A stretch of 64,000 nt of DNA, from positions 5,146,001 to 5,210,000 of the forward strand of contig OZ024761.1 in NCBI GenBank assembly GCA_964016885.1. Direction: 5' to 3'. Source of the stretch: Eledone cirrhosa (lineage: Eukaryota). Below are positions 10,917 through 25,869 of the stretch, piece after piece. Position 1 is the stretch's first letter. The number at the start of each line of letters is the position of its first letter. The notes below the pieces were generated by a model. That model was given only the letters and a program-made list of their open reading frames with translations. It did not search any database and was not told the DNA's origin. A program made the position numbers and the translations under genes.

Positions 10917-13900
10917 GTAACCAAACTCTCCTTTTTCTACTCCATTTAAACCATATATACTCAAATATAAGCCCGTCCCAATATATGTTGACCCACACCT
11001 ATTTTATGTGAGAGAAATGGGCAAAAATCCAAACCCCAATATAAGTTGTTGAAAATCATCAAAACATTGACCCCGAATATAACCCCCCACCCCCACACAC
11101 ACACACACATTTCCATTGGATTGGCAGTATCGGTAGAGGGTCGGACGCCATGCTTTCCAGCATAGTTAGTCCCTTTATGATCTGAGTTCACATCCCGCCG
11201 AGGTTGACTTTGCCTTTCATCCTTACGGGGTCGATAAAATAAAGTACCAGTAATGCACTGGGTAATTGCTGGCCTTGTGCCAAGAAGTAGAAACAATTAT
11301 TCTTTGGTCACATATTCCTTGGCTTATATTCATGTATATACGGTACATCATATTTTGTATATATCTTCTACATATGGACCAGTGCTGTCAATAATGTCAT
11401 AAATGGTATTTAATTTTTGGAGTCAAGGATTGGTATGACATATATATATATACATATATATATATTGAAAAAAGGAAAAGAATGACTTCACTTGTAGTTC
11501 TAAACAATTTAATTTTATAATATTTCAATTTATACAATTTTGCTATGTAGATCTGGTTAGTTCTTTGTTAACTTCGGTGCGAAGTTTTTTAAGATTCCTG
11601 GAGAACTTTCTCACATTTGTCAGTAGCAATTGTCAAATATATATATACCAGGATTGGTATGTTATATCATTTCATCATCATCATTTCATTTTACATCCGC
11701 TGTTGCCTGCTTGCAAGGGTGGGACGGGAACAGATTCTGGCTTGATTTCTACAGCTGGATGCCCTTCCTAACACCAACCTCATTTACAGTGAGTGGTGGG
11801 TGGTTTTTTGCCGTGGCACCTCCACGACCACTTTGCAGTGGAATGATAGGGACCCCAGTCCCTATCATCTCATTTCTACAGCTGAGGAAACTGGAGCAAT
11901 GTGAAATAAAGTGTCTTGTTCAAGGAAACAACACATCACCCGGTCTGAGAATTGAACTCACAACTTTTCGATTGCAAGGCCAATGCTCTAACCACTAAGC
12001 CATGTGCCTCCATTATTTATATATAATATATATATATATATATTATATATATTATTATATATATATATATATATACCCTTGCAAGCAGGGAAAAAGCGGA
12101 CGTAAAATGAAATGATGATGATGAATGATGATATATATATATTATTATATATAAAAAACATGAGAAGAAAGAAGAATACTGCGTGGTTGCACATGGGTTA
12201 CATATGATAAAATTAGTCCCTCGTCAGTGATTTGCCAACCATCATTGATATTTGATCGCATGGCAGTATCGGTAGAGAGTCGGACGCCATGCTTTCCAGC
12301 ATAGTTACGCCCCTTTACGGTCTGAGTTCAAATCCCGTCGAGGTTAACTTTGCCTTTCATCCTTACGGGGTCGATAAAATAAAGTACCAGTAATGTACTG
12401 GGTAATTGCTGGCCTTGTGCCAAAAAGTAGAAACAGTTATATATATATATATATATTATTATATATAATATAATATATAAGATCAAAAGATGGTTAAAAG
12501 AGTTCCATGTATTTTATAATTCGCATTTTGATCTTATATATTATGTATACTCCAGTCCTACAAACTGTAGAGTGCTTCTTATCCAATATCTGCATTGCTT
12601 TATTGTACTACAATAAAACTCACCTCCTATTATTATATATATATATATATATATATTATTATTTTGTTGATTTTCTAAGTAAGAAATCAAAAATTTATTG
12701 TTAAATTTATTACTATTTTATAGCTTGACCCCACGTCTGGACTTTCAGATGGTGGGTCAAGTCATCTTCACCCCTCCCTGGGGTGAAATTTTTGTTTTGA
12801 AAAAAAAAATTTCACCGGTGAAAAAAAAGTGTAAACAAACCTTGCATTCAGTCATGAACGCTGCGTTCATAACTAGAAGTGGTGGAGAGGCGGTAAGAGT
12901 GTTAAGCTCGCAGTCACCTCCTCTCACCACCTCATTGAAAGACATCGAAAATGTCGTCAGTTTTGAGAACACGATGTCGGACGTTGATTGTAACATCAAC
13001 ACTAACACAAACACCAATAACATGCAAAATATAAACAACACCAACCAGAACAACAACAACAATAATAACAACAACAACAGCAGCAATGATAACAACAACA
13101 CCACCACCAACAACAATGATAACAACACCACCACCACCAACAACAGCAACACGAACAACTCCACGAACAAGGAAAAGATTTCTTTTGTTCAAACTGTCCA
13201 AAAGACGGAACTGTTCACATACCTTGACATTTCTAATGCTAGGGAAATGTTAAGCGATGCAAAACAGTACGTAACTTTTGGTGAGAGCGGTGCTTTCAGT
13301 ATCACTTCTCCTCAACAGTTACGCAGAGAAACCGTTCTAAAAACAGTAATTTTTAGAACGGTTTCAAATGTGTCGAAAAAACCAGTTCAATTATCCCAAA
13401 AAGATACTGAAGAATTCCATGAAGGATATTGCCTTCATCCAAAAAGGGAAACTTTTTGGAAGCATTTCGGTGTTGTTGAAAGACCAATTGACAGCACAAA
13501 AATATTCTGTATCGCCGATTGTGTCCCCCCTTTACACCTTTTTCCCCACATATATGGGAAAAAGAACACAAAATATAAAAATTTTGAACATTGCATCAAA
13601 TGTAAACGTCTGGTGGATTCTAACTGGTTTCATCGATTTCGACGAAAACACCATCATTTCGGTGGGAAAGTCCTCCAGAAGTACATTCAATGGTACAAGC
13701 ATGGAAGTTCTGGTCCAAATGAGGCCAGAACGGATAGCTAAAATACCCCGTGTGCCTCTGGATGGAATTTCACACATAAACATTTCTGTTGAGGCTAGGC
13801 GGCCTTCATGTTACCACTGTTTAAGCAGTGGTCACCTGAAGGCTTACTGTCCTCAGTTAACTTTAAAAAAAAATAGAGGCACAACTGCCAACACCCAAGA

Positions 13901-16900
13901 CAACAACACAACCACCACTACCACCACCACCAACAACAACAACAACACGCAAACACAACCAAAACAAGAACAACAAACCAACCTGCAAGCACAGTCCCAC
14001 CCAACCCCACTCCACCTAAAACCACTGCAAAAACACCCACAAACACAACAGCTCCCCAAAACATACCCCTTCCAAATAATACAGACACCACAACGGACAA
14101 GGCCCCCACATCATCACCAAGTGATGATGAGGGAGAGCCTCTCCGTTCGAAAAGAAAGAAGAAAAGACACCACAAGAACAAAAAAACAACAAACATCACT
14201 ACAAACACAACCACCAACACAAACAACACAAACATTACAAACAAAACCCGTCCCGAAAACAAAACCACGACATCACTCCAAACACCTACAACAAAACGAA
14301 AGCTCACACAAGAACAATAGACAAAAACCACCGCAACACAAGAACATTACACATACATAAACAGTGAAAACAAAACTTTAATGGAGGTCATATCCAACGA
14401 CCCTTCGGTGAAAACCGAAGGGAAAACATTTTTGAGCTGTGTAGACAACCCTAATTTAAAGATGATTAGGGTCCCTACGGACACCTATAAGTCTTTAAAG
14501 GAAAACTTTCCTAAGGACGTGGGTAATCCTTGTGTTAAACCCATTAACCGCGTCCTTTTAAAAAGTTTCCCCACCCTCAACCCAGACACCCCCACCCCAC
14601 CAAACATATCCGTCCCCACCCCGCCGGAAACCACCACCCACCCAGACAACCCCTCTAACACCCCATGGAAACCGTGCGGCCTGATCCCCGGGAGACGAAG
14701 AGGTGAGTGTTTTCTTCTCCTCTTTTAACTTTTCAGAACCAACATGGCCAATATAAGAGTTGGATGTGTGAATGTACGCGGCCTGGGGATGCCCTGGAAA
14801 CAGGGCAAACTCTTAAACGACCTCAGGTCGCACAGTATGGATGTAGTAGCCATTTGCGAGTCCAGGATCCACAGCGAGCGACAGCTGGCCCCCATCTTCG
14901 ATGACTTTGAGATCTACGCATCTCTCTGTTGGCCTGGGGGTGGGGGCGCGGTTGCCGTTTTGCTGCGGAAACACCTGGACCTCGTAACACAGACGGTACA
15001 TCTGGACCTGGAGGGTCGACTGGTGGTCCTAGACGTTGATGGTAGTGAAGGTGGAGCCTTCAGACTGGTGGCCGCATATGCCCCATCCGGGACACTGCGG
15101 CCAGACTTCTTCAAACGTCTAGAGACTTTTCTGGGAACGTCCCGCTCCTTGCTTTTAGTGGGGGACTGGAATGGAATCCTAGATGCACGTTGGGACTATG
15201 TGGGAGCATGTCCCGATAAAGGGGGGTGTAACAGCCTCAAACAGTTAATCGGCCGATTTGACCTGGCCGATAGATATCGACTAGATTTTCTGACTGTGCC
15301 ACTGTGGACATGGACTAATTTCAGCGGAACATCTAGATCGTACCTAGATAGGGTTCTAGTTAGAAATAAGGATAGGGACATGTTAAGCTGTCCACAAATG
15401 TTCATGGTTGCCTATTCAGATCACAAACTAGTGACCTGCATGGCCAACCTTGATAGAACCCATAGACAAGGACCCGGCTACTGGAAGCTGAACATGTCGT
15501 TACCGACATGCAAAGCCTACAGTAGACGGATTAGCACTTTTGTTAAACAGTACTTGACAGGGGCCATTGTCAACAACAGATGGTGGTACTCTCTCAAGAG
15601 GGCTGTTAGATTAGACTCGTTAGTTTTTAGTAAAGAATTAGCGTTAGATAGAAATAGAACCGAGAAAGAACTGGTAGATAAAGTAGATGAGGCAATTAGA
15701 AGTGGCAACGTAGCCAGCGTGCTAGCAACGAGAAAGGCCTTGGACCAGTTCTTCGACGCAAAGCATGAGGGCTGCATTGTCAGAAGCAAAACACGTGCTC
15801 TGGGAAACGAGGGAGCCAAAGCTGTTAGCTGGGCCCGAGTGACGGAGGCAAAAAGGACCAAAACGGACGCATGATACGTGAGCTGAAGCAGATGTGTGCG
15901 GCCTTTCAGTGGCACTTTGCTCGACTGTTCGGGCAGGGCGGCGCGCCGGGAGGGGCTTGGATTTCGGTCCATATCTCGATGGCCTACCACGACTCTTGGA
16001 CAGCGAGGCAAAGTTCTGCGAAAAGCCGATTTCAGCTGCTGAGATAGGGGACGCGCTGAGCCAATGCGGCAAACGCAAATCTCCAGGTCTCGAAGGTCTA
16101 CCCTACGAATTTTACGTAGCAATGCCAGACTTATTCTCTGATCTCCTGGAAGCGGTCTACTGCAACTGGCAACGGAACAGGAGAATTCCCAGTTCTGTGA
16201 CCGGCGGCGTAGTCACACTAGTCAGGAAGGACGAGAATAAGGGGGATGACATAGGCAACTTCCAGCCCATAACTCTGCTAAACACAGAGTTACAGATTTT
16301 GGCCAAGGTGTTGGCAAAGAGGCTGGCGCTTGTCGTCGAGAACCTGGTGGGAGAAGCGCAGACATGCGCAATCCCGACCAGGTCCATACACGACAACCTC
16401 CACCTCATGCGATACATCATAGAGAGGGTAGGGTGTAAACCCGGCTTCGGTGGGGCCCTGATCAACTTGGATCAGTCTAAGGCTTTCGATAGGGTTGACC
16501 ATCGTTACCTGGATGCGGTGCTCGAGGCGGCAGGCTTTGGAGCTGTGTTCAGGGGCTGAATTGCTGCAATGCACAACAGCAACATCTGCTCAAGGGTTAA
16601 GGTGAACGGCTACCTCTTGGAGCCGTTCCATATCACGCGATCCATTCGACAGGGATGCCCTCTCTCCTCCCTTCTGTATGTACTGACTCTCGAGCCACTA
16701 CTGCGGAAGTTGGAGCTATTGCAGGGCATCCCTCTAGAACCGGCACTGCGGAAAGTGGCATCGGCCTACGCCGACGATGTGACAGTAATGGTGTCGAGCG
16801 CCTCGCAAATCGAGGAAGTCGGCACCTTACTGAAGGAATACGAAAGGTTCACAGGAGCGAAGCTGAACCAGGACAAGACCATCAGTTTGCAACTCGGATC

Positions 16901-18391
16901 GTGGAGAGGCAAACCGATGCCTTCCGATGGCGTCGTCGGACGTTGGACGGAAGGACCAGTAAAGCTGCTCAGGGTCTGGTTTGGTCCGGACCTCCAGGTG
17001 GAGAAGAACTGGAACGAGGTGTCGCCAAGGTGTTTGCACTCACCCAGAAGTGGGCTGAGTGCAAACTATCCTCGAAAGGTCGAGCGGCGGTGGCGAACAC
17101 TTTTATAGCGTCCGCCATCTACTACCGCTTGACCGTCGTGCCTTCTCCAGCAAAAACGCTCGCCAAAATGGTGCGCGCGCTCTTCCAATTCCTTTGGATG
17201 AGGTGGGCTCCTTTGGTGAGAAGATCCATCTGCTGCCAACACCCTTCCAACGGAGGGCTGGGGATGCTGTGGCTGACGATGCGCAAACACGCGCTCAGGG
17301 TGCGGCATCTCTACGTATTCCTCACCGGACAACCATGACTCGTCTCGCTGACTGAGCTGCAGTCCTGGGTCAAGCAAAGACCGAGGAAAATGGGCGACTG
17401 GCACATCAAATGTGCTCAGGCGCTCACAGCCCTCTGGCAGGTGGACCCGACGATCAGTGGAGACTCCACTTCGTCATTCTATAGAGGTTGATCCGCAGCA
17501 AGTGCGACGACATGCTCGGTGAAACTCTAGGCGTAGAGGAAGATGAACTGGCCAGTCTGTTCGGTAGGACTTTCCGCCCGGGACCGATGGACAATTTCCA
17601 AAAGTCCCTGGCCTGGCAGTGCTACCGAGGAGCTCTACCAGTTCGAGACAAGCTCTACAGACATGGGCGCCCGGGCAGGGACCCTGCAAAAAAGATCTGT
17701 CCGAGGTGCGTGCGAGACGAAGAAACCGTCGCGCACGCATTCATACACTGCCCGCGTGTCACCGACCTGTGGGGCTATGTAGAACGACTATTGTCGTGGG
17801 TGGGACCAATCCGGTTGACCACCGAGTCCATTGTCATGATCAAACCGCCATCCTCCTTCAAAAACGAAGGAGAGGCGGTTTTCCTTTGTGTGATAGCTAT
17901 GGCGAAAGAGGTTGTATGGTGGACAAGGTTGAAAGGGCTGAGGTCAGACACCTTTCTCTCCGGCCAACAACTGATTCTTTTTTTCAAATACCACTTTGGA
18001 AGAAGAATCAGGATGGAGAGAGAGGTGCTGTACCCCAGCAAGTTTTATGAAAGGTGGGTGAAAGTGGCGAGAATGGCCCGAGTGAATGGGCCTTCTCTCT
18101 ATATCAGCCTGTAGATTGAGGAAAAAGAGGAGGAGAGGAAAGGAGTACAAACTCTTCGTACTCCTGGAGATGAGGGTTGCACATTTTTTTTCGGGGGTAT
18201 GTGTTACCCATATGTAATGTCCCCCCCTATTGGGGAAAATCGACTAATTTTTAAATTGCATTTGTGATAATATTTTACACATTTTTATTGTATGTAAACT
18301 TCCCCCTTTGTATTTGTCCCCTTCTTTTGTGCCCCTGTGGCTAATAAAGAAACATATATATATTATTATATATATATATATATATTATTAT

Positions 18392-18424
<33 letters not shown>

Positions 18425-21400
18425 CACACACACCAGGATTATTGGAGTACAGGATTGGTATGTCATATATATAATAACAAAGTGGAGATGTTACATAGGA
18501 GATTTATTGCTCAATCCTGGTTACAAATGGCAGCTGGCTCTTGATCTGGGGTTATTGCCCCAGACCAGACTCCATGTCTGCCTGATCCTCAGAATTTTCC
18601 TCCTCAGTTTGAGGATCTGGTTCTCATTCTTAACCCTCCACACACACCCTGCTTGACCAGTGCTGGACCTCTTCCTCCTGTGTCTAAAGGAGCGCATGTG
18701 GTTGTGGAAGTGGGATTTGAACTTGGTACTTGTGGAACCCACATACACAAATACCTGTTTTCGGTAGAGACCATACAGCTGTAGACCACTCCCTAGACTC
18801 TGCAGCCACAGGGGGATCTGCAGTTGTAGTTTGTCAGAGATCTACCAGGGGGCGCCGTAGGGTGCAGTATTTGATGCGAGAGAAGGGATATTGCATTGGG
18901 GGCTCCGGTCATTTACGACAGAACGGTGGCCATACCTCTCCTGGGGAGTTCTGACCCATTGACAACCGTAGTTTTTTATGGTTGATGGAGGCAAGGATCT
19001 CTGCATGGTTGGGCACGGTGGAGAAGGAGAACTTCACTGTGTGCCACTTGAATAGTCTGTTACCTATGCGAGGGTGGAAAGCACTCGTCCAGGTCCCGGA
19101 AGAAGAGGCCAGGTATGTTTGTTCTAAGGCTCCTGGAGTAGGGGGCATTATAACACGTTACATGTCTACTGCGAGACACGTGACGATTCCGTTGATTCCA
19201 GGACCCAGGTTGGTATGTGCAGGTCTCCGTGGAGTTAGCATTGAGGGTTGCAGGTGGTGCACCGTTTATATGCCAGTGTGCTGTGGGGCCAGCCAGTGGG
19301 TTTGCGTCCGTAGGGAGCAGTCATTCACAACCACGCTCATCACAGGAAAAGTGGCACAGCGTCCAAGGGTGCTGGTACAAGATCACACGGGGGATGATTA
19401 GAGCTCCCGTACATTCCGTCAGGGCCGGGCCATAGTGGTCGAGAGGGGGCCCCCACATATCCCCCATCAAGAGGCCCACCCTTGGAAAGCCTGTTACATT
19501 GTCCATCTGTATCACCCCCAGTTGTGGCAGGGATGTGGGGTATAGTTGTCAGCATGCAGGTGCTGTATTGCTCCCATTAAGGGACCGGTGTCAGGGGTGC
19601 TGCCAGGGTGGGGAGATCGGGAGGCGCTTCGCTGGTGAGAAAATGTTGAGGCAATCAAAGAACCACGATCCACTAACCCTGTGCTTGCCTCGGTAATAAT
19701 AGTGTGGCTACCAGGGGTCGCTAGAGGAAAGCCAAGCCCAGGGTTGCGCTCATACTTGCTGTCCTTATCAAGATATGTGATCTGGTCAGACTTCCCCGTG
19801 GTCATTCTACTTGCTTGTTTCTGTTTGGCTGGTTTGTCCACAGATTTGATGTGATTTATGTTGTGTTAACACTGGTCTGAGGATCAGGCGGTCTTGGAGT
19901 CTGGTCTGGGGTACCATCCCAGATCACAAGCCACCTGCTTGAGAAACATTTGTAACCAGGATTAAGCAATAAATCTCCTATGTAACATCTCTACTTGGTT
20001 CTTATTGTATACACTCTGCTCTGCATTGAGTGCTGACCTTGGTTCTCTCACCAGTTTTCTTTGGACTTGCTGAAAATTCTGCATATATATATGTATATAT
20101 ATACCAGGATTACTGGAGTCCAGGGTTGGTATGACATATACCAGGATTGGTATACCATATATACCAGGGTTGGTATGTCATGTATACCAGGATTGGTATG
20201 TCATATATTCCAGGGTTGGTATACCATATATACCAGGGTTGGTATAACATATATACCAGGATTGGTATACCATATATACCAGGGTTGGTATAACATATAT
20301 ACCAGGATTGGTATACCATATATACCAGGGTTAGTATGACATATATACCAGGGTTGATATACCATATATACCAGGGTTGGTATGTCATATATACCAGGAT
20401 TGGTATGTCATATATACCAGGATTGGTATACCATATATACCAGGGTTGGTATGCCATATATACCAGGGTTGGTATGTCATATATACCAGGATTGGTATAC
20501 CATATATACCAGGGTTGGTATGTCATATATACCAGGGTTGGTATGTCATATATACCAGGATTTGTATGTCATATATACCAGGGTTGGTATACCATATATA
20601 CCAGGGTTGGTATGTCATATATACCAGGATTTGTATGTCATATATACCAGGGTTGGTATGCCATATATACCTGGGTTGGTATGTCATATATACCAGGATT
20701 GGTATACCCATATATACCAGGGTTGGTATGTCATATATACCAGGGTTGGTATACCCATATATACCAGGTTGGTATGTCATATATACCAGGATTGGTATGT
20801 CATATATACCAGGGTTGGTATACCATATATACCAGGGTTGGTATGTCATATATACAAGGATTGGTATGTCATATATACCAGGGTTGGTATACCATATATA
20901 CCAGGGTTGGTATACCATATATACCAGGGTTGGTATGTCATATACCAGGATTGGTATACCATATATACCAGGGTTGGTATGTCATATATACCAGGGTTGA
21001 TATGTCATATACCAGGATTGGTATATCGGGGTTGGTATGTAATATATACCAGGATTGGTATACCATATATACCAGGGTTGGTATGTCATATATACACCAG
21101 GATTGGTATGACATATATACCAGGGTTGGTATGTCATATATACCAGGGTTGGTATACCATATATACCAGGGTTGGTATGCCATATATACCAGGACTGGTA
21201 TGACATATATACCAGGATTGGAATACCATATATACCAGGATTAGTATGTCATATATACCAGAGTTGGTATACCATATATACCGGCATTGGTATACCATAT
21301 ATACCAGGGTTGGTATACCATATATACCAGGATTGGTATGTCATATATACCAGGATTGGTATGTCATATATACCAGGGTTGGTATGTCATATATACCAGG

Positions 21401-24400
21401 GTTGGTATGTCATATATACCAGAGTTGGTATGCCATATATACCAGGGTTGGTATACCATATATACCAGGACTAATGAATATATGTACAATCATACAAACC
21501 AGGATATTTGTGTTTTGTTAAATTAATGGTTTACATAAGAGAAACCCTATAGTTTATGTTGATTACTGAAACATAGAAGTGATTAAAGATAAACATGATA
21601 TTTTATGTATTTGGTGCCCTCGCATAGCTGCAGTCGAATGACTGATAAAAGAATAGAAGAGTATCCATTGCCACACACACACACAGACCTCAAACATTTC
21701 TACACATCTGCTGTACACACACACACACACCTATAGACACTTCCACACACACATATAGACACTTCCACACACACACATACCTATAGACACTTCCACACAC
21801 ACATATTTATAGACACTTGCACACACACACATATATAGACACTTGCACACACACATATAGACACTTCAACACACACATATATATATATAGACACTTGCAC
21901 ACACACCTATAGACACTTCCACACACACACACATATAGACACTTCCACACACACATACATATATAGACACTTCCACACACACATATAGATAGACACTTCT
22001 ACACACACACGTATAGACACTTCCACATGCACACATATAGACACACTTCCACACACACATATAGACACTTCCACACACACAGATATAGACACTTCCACAC
22101 ATACATATAGACACTTCCACACACATATATAGACACTTCCACACACACATATATAGACACTAACACACACATATATAGAGACTTCCACACATACAGATAT
22201 AGACACTTCCACACATACATATAGACACTTCCACACACACACATATATAGACACTTCCACACACACATATATATATAGACACTTCCACACCCACACATAT
22301 ATAGACACTTCCACACATCTAATGTTGACACACACACATATCCAAACACCTCCACACACACTAACACACACACACCTCCACACACTCACACACATACACA
22401 CCACCACACATTCACACACACACACACCTCTACACACCTCCACACAGACACATCAAATACCACACACCACACACACACTTCCACACACACACCACAACAC
22501 CCTCTCCACACACCTCCACACCCCTCCACACACACCACCACATACCTCCCCACACAACCACCACCACGCCCCTCCACACCCCTCCACACACTGCCACACC
22601 CATCCACCCCCACACGCCTCCACCCCACACCGCCACCCCCTCCACCGCCACCCCTCCAAACACCTCCACCCCCACCCACACCACCACACCCCTCCACACA
22701 CACCCCATCCCCCCGCACCTCCCCCAACCCCACCCTACATACCCGTCCACACCCCTCCACACCCCTCCACACACACCTAGAACCATATTTTAGTTGTTTA
22801 TTTCCAGCTTCCAATCTGCAAATTGTGAACGGTTTTGCTGCAGGAAAATGTGATTTCCCTTCTGTGGTTCATTTATTGATCACAGATCAATTGGAGGAGG
22901 AGGAGGAGGAAGAGGAGGGAGAGGACAGGAATAACAACAGTTGTGCTGCTACCATTATAGATTCCACACATCTTCTCACAGCAGCTCATTGTCTGTAAGT
23001 AGGACCTCTTATATATGACTGGACAGACAGGACTACAATAGGGTGTGGCTACAATGGGTGTGTGGCTGTAATGGGGTGTGGCTACAATGGGGTGTGGCTG
23101 TAATGGGGTGTGGCTACAATGGGGTGTGGCTGTAATGGGGTGTGGCTACAATGGGTGTGTGGCTGTAATGGGGTGTGGCTACAATGGGGTGTGGCTGTAA
23201 TGGGGTGTGGCTACAATGAGGTGTGGCTGTAATAGGGTGTGGCTGTAATAGGGTGCAGCTGTAATTGGGTGTGGCTGTAATAGGGTGTGGCTACAATGGG
23301 GTGTGGTTGTAATTGGGTGTGGTTACAATGGGGTGTAGCTGTAATGGGGTGTGGCTACAATGGGGTGTGGTTGTAATAGGGTGTGGCTGTAATGGGGTGT
23401 GACTGTAATGGGGTGTGGCTAGAATGGGACATTCCATGCCTGCTTGGGACATTCCATGCCTACTTGTACTGCAAGAAGGAACACTTATTACCAAGCCAAG
23501 ACTTGTAACCCTCTTATTTTGCTCGGATTACTTCTTTAATCTCCTACTTGAACCAAGGGGTCTCCCTACCACACTGAGCCACTTTTATCTGCAGCAACAG
23601 TTGAGGAGTCTCCACTCCATTTCAATGTCCTCGGTTTTTCATATTCAGTGAAACCCATGGGCAGGATGAAATGAAATTTTGAACCAGTATTGCCTCGTGG
23701 GCTGCAGGGTGCCGACTTCTGTTGTATACAGAGGTGTAACAAGGGGAAATAGCTCTTATGGCAAACACTGAAATTGTGGCCCTGCTCATGCAGCAAGCTA
23801 TATAGTAGTTGTGGGATTGACAGCACAGTTTAAATAAATGAGGGTTTAGGGTATTAAACTGTATTTTCATTTGTTCTACAGGTATCGTTTATACGTAACG
23901 TATTGGCAAAAGTGTTAGTGTATTTAAGGGGAGTGATCTGTGTAATATTGATCTGTGACAAATATTAAAGGGAGAGATCTGTGTAATACTTATCTGTGAC
24001 AAATATTAAAGGGAGTGATCTGTGTAATACTGATCTGTGACAAATATTAAAGGGAGAGATCTGTGTAATACTTATCTGTGACAAATATTAAAGGGAGTGA
24101 TCTGTGTAATACTGATCTGTGACAAATATTAAAGGGAGAGATCTGTGTAATACTTATCTGTGACAAATATTAAAGGGAGTGATCTGTGTAATACTGATCT
24201 GTGACAAATATTAAAGGGAGTGGTCTGTGTAATACTGATCTGTGACAAATATTAAAGGGAGTGGTCTGTGTAATACTGATCTGTGACAAATATTAAAGGG
24301 AGAGATCTGTGTAATACTGATCTGTGACAAATATTAAAGGGAGTGATCTGTGTAATACTGATCTTTGACAAATATTAAAGGGAGAGATCTGTGTAATACT

Positions 24401-25827
24401 GATCTGTGACAAATATTAAAGGGAGTGATCTGTGTAATACTGATCTTTGACAAATATTAAAGGGAGTGATCTGTGTAATACTGATCTTTGACAAATATTA
24501 AAGGGAGTGATCTGTGTAATATTGATCTGTGACAAATATTAAAGGGAGTGATCTGTGTAATACTGATCTGTGACAAATATTAAAGGGAGTGATCTGTGTA
24601 ATATTGATCTTTGACAAATATTAAAGGGAGAAATCTTGTAATATTGATCTTTGACAAATATTAAAGGGAGAGATCTGTGTAATATTGATCTTTGACAAAT
24701 ATTAAAGGGAGTGATCTGTGTAATACTGATCTGTGACAAATATTAAAGGGAGTGGTCTGTATAATATTGATCTTTGACAAATATTAAAGGGAGAAATCTT
24801 GTAATATTGATCTTTGACAAATATTAAAGGGAGAGATCTGTGTAATATTGATCTTTGACAAATATTAAAGGGAGTGATCTGTGTAATACTGATCTGTGAC
24901 AAATATTAAAGGGAGTGATCTGTGTAATACTGATCTGTGACAAATATTAAAGGGAGAGATCTGTGTAATACAGATCTGTGACAAATATTAAAGGGAGAAA
25001 TCTGTGTAATACTTATCTGTGACAAATATTAAAGGAAGAGATCTGTGTAATACTGATCTGTGACAAATATTAAAGGGAGAGATCTGTGTAATACTGATCT
25101 GTGACAAATATTAAAGGGAGTGATCTGTGTAATACTGATCTGTGACAAATATTAAAGGGAGAGATCTGTGTAATACTGATCTGTGACAAATATTAAAGGG
25201 AGAGATCTGTGTAATACTGATCTGTGACAAATATTAAAGGGAGAGATCTGTGTAATACTGACCTGTGACAAATATTAAAACCCTATAAAAATATTTGACA
25301 AGTCATACTATGAGGTATGCCTCTGTGATCATGTAGTTCCCAGCACTGTATTTTTACCTATGGAGGCTTAATAATTTATATAAATAGTTTAATGATCCAG
25401 TCACCATAGTGTTTATCTGACTTTAATATGCTGCTAGTCCATGTGGCGCCCTCTTCATGTGGCCCCCATGTGGCCCCCATGGCACATGCCATCCTTGCCA
25501 TACCCTACTTATGCCTGGGGTTTGATCTATATACTACTAAAACTCTGTGATTGTGTGCTTGTCTGTTATTTGATACAGCCACAAGGGTGCATAATGGGAA
25601 AATACTTTGAAAGGAAGTTGCCCCTGAAATGGGGATACAAATGGAATAAAACAAGTTTCGCATAAATCGGAGCACAGGTTCCCGGGATACTGGGTTTTCT
25701 GGGTACCTTCATAAATAGAGAGAGAGAGAGAGGGGAAGAGATAGTGCTTGTGAGAGAGTAGATTGAAAGAGAGACATAGGGTGAGGAGATAGAGAAGGAG
25801 AATGGAAGAGAGAGCTGGTGGTGTTGT

Positions 25828-25869
<42 letters not shown>

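Noticed and set aside
12195-12235. CTGACGA hammerhead core on the minus strand (also CTGATGA near 3135, 4661, 31245 and 63565, and CTGATGG near 26750)
   Set aside because: No correctly placed GAAA or closing stems.
23924-25279. CRISPR-like appearance of regular arrays (also at 31314 and 60729)
   Set aside because: No unique spacers, no cas genes, and a eukaryotic context.
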